Assembly: GCF_044704955.1 (NCBI RefSeq)
Contig: NC_091995.1
Coordinates: 8,494,001 to 8,558,000 of the forward strand
DNA length: 64,000 nt
Source of the DNA: Pristiophorus japonicus
Taxonomy: Eukaryota
Direction of reading: 5' to 3'
The position numbers and the translations under genes were made by a program. Positions within the stretch are counted from its first letter, which is position 1. Each line of letters starts with the position of its first letter. Under the pieces are notes generated by a model. The model was not told the origin of the DNA and made no database searches. It worked only from the letters and a program-made list of their open reading frames with translations. Of the stretch, positions 54,632-64,000 are shown piece after piece.

Positions 54632-55989
54632 GACTTAACCCTTAGATACACTTAAATTGCCGACAACAATGTTAAAAGTTACTGACTAATAAAGAAAAAG
54701 AAAAACTACTCACCAATCAGCAGCCAATCACTTACCACGTTGGCTGTGACGTCACCTTTTGATTTCTTTCTACTTCTTTTTTGACTTCTCAGCTGGAGCT
54801 GCCCACTTCCCACTTCCCACTTCCGTGCTTCTGGGAAATTCCGCACCCCGGCCTGCCCAATGTTCAAAAGGCAAAGGTTGGGAGTGTGGAATTTCACAAT
54901 ATAGGTTTCTGGTGTGTCAGGAGAGCTGAATTCTATTATCTTGGCCTGTATTCCGAGTACAGAGAGGAGATTAAATGAGTTTAAAAATCACTGAAGTGGG
55001 TGCTGAAGACATGACATTTATTTCCCGGGGGTGTCTGGGACATACTTTGCAGTGTGGCCCACTCCATTTTATGTTGTTTTGAGCCTGCGGTAATTCTGCC
55101 TTTCAAACCAAAAATAATTTTTCCTCGAAGGGTTACAGATATCTTAAATATTAAAATAAAAGTGTGTATTTTTTCATCTCATTTTTATGCTATTAACTAT
55201 ACTTGCAAACTGCTCCAAGATGGTTGAACACATGACGACCATTTCTTTTAATGCTCTGCAAAAGTCAAGTGACTTTTTTTTTAATGAACATTTGAGAGAT
55301 CTCACAGCTGAGAAGAGACATTTTTCACAGGCCCTAAGAGACGTCCTTCAATTGTCTCTGAACTGTGAAGAAAGCTGCAACTATGGTGATAAAGAAATGA
55401 GAAGATCTGTTCATGGGAAAGATTTGTTTAAGAATATTTCTTTGTTTTAAACTCAGCAATTAGTTGCACGGTGGTCAAACGTCCCAGAAAAGGATATAAA
55501 ATGGGTGTAACACGGGAGATAGGAGGAACTGCGGCAGGCAACAGAACTGGCACCTGGTTAGTGCCAAGAGAATGAGGGAGTTCATTTCCAATCACTGACC
55601 ACGGTCTGGTGTGAGGGTCTTTGTTTTCTATTAATCACTTGGGGGATGGGCAAGTTTAACCCTTATCAGGGATTTAACGGGATAGGTTGGTGCGAGCTAA
55701 TAATTAAGAAATTGTTGTACATTTAATGCACAAGTAAATTGCTTGTATTTCTTTTGATTATTCTAAGTAAAGATAACCCCTGGATTGGGGTGGTGAAGGA
55801 CCATCTGTGTCTGCATTGTTTTGTCTCACAAGTTCGAACTCTGAAAGTGTCGAGTCAAGTCGTAAATAAGTCTTGACTGTTTAGTGAAAAGAACAAGACA
55901 AAATTTTACAGGATAAAAACCTGTTCCTATACAGGATAAGTCTTACAAGCGGTGTGGGGCTTCAATATGACATCCATACATGGAGAGAC

Positions 55990-56585
55990 TGGTGAAGCTT
56001 GTATTGTTAACTAGTTTATAAACCACTAGTTCGATCCCAGCTGGAGTATTGTGTCCAATTCTGGGCACCACAATTTAGGAAGGATGTGAAAGCTTTGGAG
56101 AGGTTCCAGAAGAGAATTACTAGAATGGTTCCAAGGATGAAGGACTTCAGTTAGTGGATAGACTGGAGAAGCTGGGATTGTTCTCCTGAGAGCAGAGGAG
56201 ATTTGATAGAGGTGTTCAAAATCATGGGGTGTCTGGACAGAGTAGATAGAGAGAAACTGTTCCCATTGGCAGAAGGGTCAAGAACCAGAGGACACAGATT
56301 TAAGGTGATTGGGAAAAGAACCAGAGGCGACATGAGGAAAAACTTTTAAGCAACAAGTAGTTAGGATCTGGAATGCACTGCCTGATAGGGTGGTGGATTC
56401 AGATTCAATAGTCGCCTTCGAAGGAAATTGGATAAATACTTGAAGGAGAACAAATTACAGCGATATGGGGAAAGAGCGGGGGGAAGTGGGACTAACTGGA
56501 TTACTCTTCAAAAGAGCCAGCGCAGACTCGATGGGCTGAATGGCCTCCTTCAGTGCTGTCCCACTCTCTGATTCTCTGATTCTAA
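55990..56585 (+). mobile_element. CR1 3' fragment
   Basis: CAGCTGGAGTATTGTGTCCAATTCTGGGCACC ([11 protein letters not shown]); tail (ATTCTCTG)n. Confidence 0.85.
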
Positions 56586-57119
56586 CTGAGTGTACACTTG
56601 GTACCTTGGTTACCGAACACAATTGTGATGGAGACTGTAGGCTCCAGAGCTCTCTCCTGTCAGGAGGAATATAATTACTCATAGTGCTGCTCGCAGGGGC
56701 TGAGGGGAATCGTGTATTGTGGAGGGTATACCCCAGAATGGCAGCCCATTCTAGAAAATAACTTATCCTGCATCACTCAACCCACAGCTACAACATTCAG
56801 TAAGAAGTCTCCAAAGGTTTCTTATTTTTATTAATAAAAATCCTTCTGATAAGATCCTCTCTTCACTTCCAGAAAGTAATAACAGTCCCACCACTTGTTT
56901 CTCATTGCTTGCTTCAGTCTGACACAAAGGAACATTTGGAGACAACATTCAGCTTTCCTGCAACCGACAGTCACTAAATGGCTCGACTACATTCTATCTC
57001 CCTCCAGACCTTTACACAGCACACTCCCAACAGCTAGAGATTGGTAGAGCCACAGTGCAGACAGAGAGCTGATCTTCACCCTTCACTGGAGGCAGAAAGA
57101 ATCTGCCAAACCAACAAAC

Positions 57120-57760
57120 GTAGAATTACATCGAGTTTACAGCACGGAAACAGGCCATTCGGCCCAACTGCTCCGTGCTGGTGTTTATGCTCCACATGAG
57201 GCTCCTCCCACCCTGCTTCATCTCACCGATCACCCTATCCTTCTGTCCCTTTCTCCCTCATGTACTTATCCAGCTTCCCCTTAAATGTATCTATGTTATG
57301 TGTCTCAACCACTCCCTGTGGTGGCTAGTTCCACATTCTCATCACTCTCTGGGTAAAGGCATTTTCTCCTGAATTCCCGACTGAATTTATTAGTGACTAT
57401 CTTATATTTATTCCCCCCTGGTTTTGGACGACCCCACAAGTGGAAACATCTTCTCTACATCGACTCTATCAAACCCCTTCATCATTTTAAAGACTTCTGT
57501 CAGGTCACCTCTCGGCCTTCTAACATATAAAGAAATGATCCCCAGCCCATTCAATCTTTCCTGATAGTTATAACCTCTCAGTTCTGGTATCATCCTCATC
57601 AATCCTTTTGGTACCTTCTCCAGTAGGTCTATATCTTTTTTGTAATCTGGAGACCAGAACTGTGCACAGCACTCTAAGTGTGGTCTTACCAAGGTTTGGT
57701 GCAAGTTTAACATGGCGTCCCTGCTTGCCAATTCAATTCCTCTAGAAATGAACACCCAGT
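57120..57760 (-). mobile_element. CR1 3' fragment (older subfamily)
   Basis: LVRPHLECCAQFWSP...RGDLTEVFKMMKG. Confidence 0.85.
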
Positions 57761-57795
57761 GCGTACAGCCCAGACCTTACACAGAAAATACTTCA

Positions 57796-57945
57796 GAACA
57801 TAAGAACATAAGAGTTAGGAACAGGAGTAGGCCATCTAGCCCCTCGAGCCTGCTCTGCCATTCAATAAGATCATGGCTGATCTGGCCGTGGACTCAGCTC
57901 CACTTACCCGCCCGCTCCCCATAACCCTTAATTCCCTTATTGGTT
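57796..57945 (-). mobile_element. CR1 tail fragment
   Basis: (AACATAAG)n plus the conserved 3'UTR. Confidence 0.8.
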
Positions 57946-58069
57946 CTGTTGTGACTGTCCTCTACTGTGTGAACATTGAGTCTTTCTGTCAATTTGCTTC
58001 TTCCGTGTTGGTTTAACATTTAAGTCTGTGTTTTTCTCCTTTCTATTTGGTTATTTTCTACATTGATGA

Positions 58070-58280
58070 ATAACCAATCATATTGTGCAAAATCATTCTA
58101 TCCAATCACAATCTAGCAAAAAATTCTACCCAATCATAGTCTAACAAAAAATTCTACCAATCATATTCCTGCAAAGCATTTTACCCAATTACGTTCCAGA
58201 AAAAATTCTACCCAATCAGATTCCAGCAACAAAATCTACCCAATCATGTTCCAGCAATATATTCTACCCAATCACATTCC
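58070..58280. repeat. Degenerate ~21-bp tandem repeat TTCTACCCAATCAYATTCCAGCAAAA (CCAAT-rich)
   Basis: About 9 units, each with CCAAT. Confidence 0.8.
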
Positions 58281-58529
58281 TTCCTTTGTTGGAACACAAT
58301 GGGAGTACAGAACGGCCAATAGAGAATCAGCTGCCCTTTTCACACACCAATTTCCGAATGCCAAGTTAATGGAACCATCCAAGATAAATTTCATGTTCAG
58401 AAAAGTGGAGTTCCATTCTCTCCCATTGCCATACCCATTTTGATGAATTAAAAAGTAATTACTGCACCCTCTCCCCTCCCCCACCCCACCAGCGGCCCCA
58501 AACCCTTTTGCATTCAGTCAGATGGCCCT

Positions 58530-58842
58530 GGATTCAAACCTCATTCCAGACACTTGAGCACACACTCCAGGCTGACATTTCCAATGCTGCACTGTCGGAG
58601 GTGCCATCTTTCAAATGAGATGTTACACCGAACCCCTACTGTTTAAGTAGATGCAAAAGATCCCCCCCATGGCATTTTTATAGAGTTCTCCTGGTGTTCT
58701 GGCCAAATTTATCCTTCAACCGACCCGACCCAACAAAACCGATGTAACTGTTCATTTATACCAGTGGTGTATGTGGGAGCTTGCTGGGTGCAAACAGAAG
58801 GTGTGATTTTCCAACAACAGTGACGACACTTGAAAAGTAATT
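58530..58842 (+). mobile_element. Deu-domain SINE, truncated by a CR1
   Basis: GCACTGTCGGAGGTGCCATCTTTCAAATGAGATGTTA core. Confidence 0.7.
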
Positions 58843-61655
58843 CATAGAAACATAGAAAATAGGTGCAGAAGTAGGCTCTTCGGCCCTTCGAGCCTGCACC
58901 ACCATTCAATATGATCATGGCTGATCATGCAACTTCAGTACCCCATTCCTGCTTTTTCTCAATACCCCTTGATCCCTTTAGCCATAAGAGCCACATCTAA
59001 CTTACTTTTGAATATATCTAATGAACTGGCCTCAACAGCTTTCTGTGGTAGAGAATTCCACAGGTTCACAATTCTCTGAGTGAAGAAGTTTCTCCTCATC
59101 TCGGTCCCAAATGGCTTACCCCTTATCCTTAGACTGTGACCACTGGTTCTGGACTTGCCTGCATCTAACCTGTCCAATCCCGTCAGATTTTTTATATGTT
59201 TCTATGAGATTCCCTCTCATTCTTCTAAATTCCAGTGAATATAAGCCTAGTTGATCCAGTCTTTCGTCATATGTCAGTCCTGCCATCCCGGGAATCAGTC
59301 TGGTGAACCTTCGCTGCACTCCCTCAATGGCAAGAATGTCCTTCCTCAGATTAGGAGACTAAAACTGCACACAATACGCAAGGTGTGGTCTCACCAAGGC
59401 CCTGTACAACTGCAGTAAGACCTCCCTGCTCCTATACTCAAATTCCCTCGCTATGAAGGCCAGCATGCCATTTGCTTTCTTTATTGCCTGAGGTACCTGC
59501 ATGCCTACCTTCAATGACTAATGTACTTTGACACCCAGGTCTCGTTGCACCTCCCCTTTTCCTAATCTGTCACCATTCAGATAATAATCTGCCTTCATGT
59601 TTTTGCCCCCAAAGTGGATAACGTCACACTTATCCACATTATACTGCATCTGCCATGCATTTGCCCATTCACCTAACCTGTCCAAGACCCCCGCAGCCTC
59701 CCAGCATCCTCCTCGCAGCTCGCACTGCCACCCAGCTTAGTGTCATCTGCAAACCTGGAGATATTACATTCAATTCCTTCGTCTAAATCATTAATGTATA
59801 TTGTAAATAGCTGGGGTCCCAGCACTGAACCTTGCGGCACCCCACTAGTCACTGCCTGCCATTCTGAAAAGGACCCATTTATTCCCACTCTTTGCTTCCT
59901 GTCTGCCAATCAGTTCTCTATCCACGTCAGTACATTACCCCCAATGCCATGTGCATCAATTCTGCACACTAATTCTCTTGTGTGGGACCTTGTCAAAAGC
60001 CTTTTGAAAGTCCAATGTACATCCACTGGTTCTCCCTTATCCACTCTACTAGTTACATCCTCAAAAGATTCCACAAGATTTGTCAAGCATGATTTCCCTT
60101 TCATAAATCCATGTTGACTTGGACTGATCCTGTCACTGCTTTCCAAATGGGCTGCTATTACATCTTTAATAACTGATTCCAGCATTTCCTCCACCACCGA
60201 TGTCAGACTAACCGGTCTATAATTCCCTATTTTCTCTCTCCCTCTTTTTAAAAAAAGTGATGTTACATTAGCTGCCCTCCAATCCATAGGAACAAACCAG
60301 AGTCCATGGAATGTTGGAAAATGACCACCAATGCATTCACTATTTCTCGGGCCACTTCCTTAAGTACTCTGTGATGCAGACTATCAGGCCCTGGTCATTT
60401 ATTGGCCTTCAGTACGTTCAATTTCCCTAATGCCATTTCCTGACTAATAAGGATTTCCCTCAGTTCCCCCTTCTCGCTAGACCCTCGGTCCCCTAGTATT
60501 TTCAGGAAGTTATTCATGTCTTACTTAGTGAAGACAGAACCAAAGTATTTGTTCAATTGGTCTGCCATTTCTTTGTTTCCCATTATGAATTCCCCTGATT
60601 CTGACTGCAAGGGACCTACATTAGTCCTCACTAATCTTTTTCTCTTCACATATCTATAGAAGCTTTTTCAGTTAGTTTTTATGTTCCCTGCAAGCTTACT
60701 CTCATACTCTATTTTCCACATCCTAATTAAACCCTTAGTCCTCCTCTGTTGAATTCTAAATTTCACCCAGTCCTCAGGTTTGCTGCTTTTTCTGGCCAAT
60801 TTATATGCCTCTTCCTTGGATTTAACACTTTCCCCAATTTCCCTTGTTAGCCACGGTTGAGCCACCTTCCCTTTTTTATTCTTACACCACACAGGGATGT
60901 ACAATTGTTGTAGTTCATCCATGTGATATTTAAATGTCTGCCATTGCCTATCCACCGTCAACCCTTTAAGTATCATTCTCCAGTCTATTCTCGCCAATTC
61001 AACTCTCATACCTTTGAAGTTTCCTTTCTTTAAGTTCAGGATCCTAGTCTCTGAATTAACTGTGTCACTCTCCATCTTAATGAAGAATTCTACTATATTA
61101 TGGTCACTCTTCCCCAAGGGGTCCTGCACAACCAGATTGCTAATTAATCCTTTCTCGTTACACAAGACCCAGTCTAGGATGGCCTGCTCTCTACTTGGTT
61201 CTCGACATATTGGTCCAGAAAACCATCCCTTATACACTCCAGGAAATCCTCCTCCATTGTATTGCTACCAGTTTGGTTAGCCCAATCTATATGTAGATTA
61301 AAGTCACCCACGATAACTGCTGTACCCTTATTGCACGTGTCCCTAATTTCCTGTTTGATGCCATCCCCAACCTCCCTACCACTGTTTGGTGGTCTGTACA
61401 CAACTCCCACTAATGTTTTCTGCGTGTTTTGCAGCTCTACCCATATAGATTCCACATCATCCAAGCTAAGGTCCTTCCTTACTATTGCGCTAATCTCCTC
61501 TTTAACCAGTAACGCTACCCCACTTCCTTTTCCTTCCTGTCTGTCCTTCCTGAATATTGAATACCCCTGTATGTTGAGTTCCCAGCCTTGGTTACTTGGA
61601 GCCATGTCTCCGTAATCCCAATTACATCATATCTGTTAACAGTTATCTGTGCATT
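58843..61655 (-). mobile_element. CR1 LINE ORF2, decayed; same subfamily as 50609-54825
   Basis: APE and RT fragments in ORFs between 58959 and 61703; multiple frameshifts. Confidence 0.93.
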
Positions 61656-62542
61656 GACTGAAGTTCTCTGAGATACAGTTAAAGAGAAGCTGGATAAGTA
61701 CACGAGGGCGAAAGGAATAGAAGGATAAGCTGGTAGGGTGAGATGAAGAGGGTGGGAGGAGGCTCGAATGAAGCATAAACACCGACATAGACCTGTTGGG
61801 CCGAGTGGCCTGTTTCTGTGCTGTTTATACTAAGGAACTCTGTGAATTGAGAAATGCAGTATAAATGCAAGTCATTTCTTTCTACTCCTCAACCAGCTCT
61901 CGTTCTGAGTCTGAATGTTGGTGTTGCTGTGTGGAGCCGATTCTAGCACGATCAGCCTGTGTAATGTCACTGTTCTATTATAGCTCAGTATAAATCTAGG
62001 TCACTGTGTAATTTCACACTGATCGACTTGAAGAGTGGGGCCAAGATTTCCCACCTCATTCACTGTAAGACCGAAAAATTCTAGGATGGGGTTGTGGAAT
62101 TTCCCAATGCAGATTCCTACCACGGTTAATGAGCACTGAAGCAGATTTTCAATAAATTTACTCTCAAATCACAAACGGGATTTTTCAGTGAGGTTGTTAT
62201 TGTGTATTACTTACAGCCAACATCATTCCTCACCACAAGAAATAGCTCCCATTCACAAAACAAGGGAACTGATGTTAAAGGTTGGAAATAAAGTTGACTA
62301 TTTATAAAGAGCAATGAGTGAGTAAAATGATGCCACACTGGAGGCGTTAGGGATTGGCTGGTTCATGTTCCTGTGATTTCTGATATATCTGAACCTTTTG
62401 CTGATATTATTTTCATGTGATCCCTTCCCATTATCTTTTCCTCTTAACAAATTAAAAGGTTTCTTTTCTTGCATTTTGTTTTTAAATAACTGGAAAGTGA
62501 TGGATGGGAGGTCAACCCACTTCTAGAGAATAAACCGACCTG

Positions 62543-62690
62543 TATCTCCCATCCCTCTCTATCTCCCATCCCTCTCTATCCCCCATCCCTCTCTATCCCC
62601 CATCCCTCTCTATCCCCCATCCCTCTCTATCCCCCATCCTTCTGTATCTCCCATCTCTCTGGCATCGTCCATCCCTCTGTATCTCCGATC
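62543..62690. repeat. 17-bp pyrimidine-rich minisatellite ATCCCTCTCTATCCCCC
   Basis: About 8 tandem units. Confidence 0.9.
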
Positions 62691-63169
62691 ACTCTGCCTT
62701 TTCTACTGTTTAGCCGGGAACAGGATCTGTTTAACCTGCTCCTATCAGGGGAATCGGACCTGTTTACCTTGCCACTAATTGGGGCTCAATTTCATTTACT
62801 TGTAAAGTTGATGAAGGAATGCATTGTTCAAGTTGCTGCATCAGTCTACTTTGTAGATATTTGATTCAGCTTGAGATCAGCAGGAGGGAGATGGGCTCAG
62901 TGCGTTAAGTGGACTAGAACCATACCACACTTGCACTGCAACAACTGCAGCCAGCAATGTGTGGCTGCTGTCAGGAATGGAGAGGGGAAAACTGGTGAGG
63001 AAAATAAAACAAGAAAAGTGAGCAGGATTGTGTGTGATTTCCCATCCAGTGTGATTATTTCCCACCCACTGTGTTATTAGAATACCTTAACCTGATTCCG
63101 TCACTTTGAAGGAGCCTGGTCAATTTCCCGCTCAGTCCTAATGCCTGTATCGGGGTACATGTGATAAAA

Positions 63170-63590
63170 AAAGAAAGACATTTATGGAGCGCCTTTCATG
63201 ACCACCGATCGTCCCAAAACGCTGAACAGCCAATAAAGTAATCATTTGAAGTGTAGTCACTGTAATGCAGAAAACATGGCAGCCAATTTGCGCACAACAA
63301 GCTCCCACTAACAGCAACGTGATAATGACCTGTTTTTAGTGATGTTGATTGAGGGATAAGTATTGGCCAGGATAAATCCCCTGCTCTTCTTTGAAATAAT
63401 GCCATGGAATCTTTTACATCCATCTGAGAGAGCAGATGGGGCCTCGATGTAATGTCACATCTGAAAGACGGCACTTCCGACAGGGCAGCACTCCCCCAGT
63501 ACTGCACTGGGAGTGTCAGCCGAGATATTTGTGCTCAATTCCCTGGAGTGGGACTTGAACCCACAAACCTTCCGACTCAGAGGCGAGGGT
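63170..63590 (-). mobile_element. Deu-domain SINE, near full length
   Basis: Reverse complement of 2463-2875, with B box GGTTCAAGTCC on the minus strand. Confidence 0.8.
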
Positions 63591-64000
63591 AGCGAAGTTA
63601 GCGATATTCACAGTTAGCATTGCTGTTCTCACTAATGATTATGTGACTCGGAGACACACGATTTTGCAGTTCAGCATCGGGTGCTTGTCGCCCTGCTCTG
63701 GGTCTTCAGCCTCCTTCCTGTCGGTCATACTGTGCGAGACGATCCCGCAGAATGTGTCATGTACACACAGATTGCATCTAATGCAATTGAAGACTAGATG
63801 CCACATACCATGAATTCCCCCGTCTCCCTTCCCCCTCGGTTGCTCTGCGTGCTATTACCGAGGGTTGGTGTATTCATCCCGTGTTTGAACATCAACCTTA
63901 CAGGAATGGCCCCAGTATCTCTCTGGTCCTGCACACGACTGATCTCAGCTGGGAGGGAGGAGGGGGATTTACAGTTGGGCTCAGTACCTCTGGAATAGCG

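Larger units (their letters stand above)
50609..54825 (-). mobile_element. Near full-length young CR1 LINE (5'UTR, ORF1 Zn-finger plus SGNH esterase, ORF2 APE-RT, tail)
   Basis: ORF1 53682-54631, ORF2 50801-53604, tail (TTTCTATG)n on the minus strand; only about three small indels seen. Confidence 0.96.

Overview
Eukaryotic vertebrate DNA, very probably from a shark or other cartilaginous fish. This is inferred from the repeats (CR1 with an esterase ORF1, L2, RTE, Deu-domain SINEs, Harbinger elements) and the B30.2 type. The window holds one apparently intact, spliced, + strand butyrophilin-family gene. Its seven coding exons are signal peptide 5662-5719, IgV 17453-17800, IgC 19720-20004, TM 24148-24267, two 27-nt micro-exons 40275-40301 and 42068-42094, and B30.2/PRY-SPRY 49270-49802. 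All junctions are GT-AG and phase 1, giving 1398 nt or 465 aa. A candidate ISRE/AP-1/GC-box/ETS promoter lies near 1.76-2.1 kb and a polyA signal at 49990. The last intron is almost entirely a ~7-kb C-rich 24-bp minisatellite that runs up to a GC-rich, TRIM-like B30.2 exon, and a near-intact antisense CR1 sits just downstream. The rest is nested transposable elements: many CR1s, a split L2, RTE fragments, two decayed Harbinger elements, Harbinger-type MITEs with structurally conserved hairpins, a Tc1/mariner-type MITE with an internal minisatellite, a mini solo-LTR-like insert and SINEs. There is one 454-nt N gap. Most long ORFs in the track are repeat artefacts or TE fragments. Exon, TIR and TSD coordinates were read base by base; LINE/SINE boundaries are approximate and family names come from recognition, not database searches.
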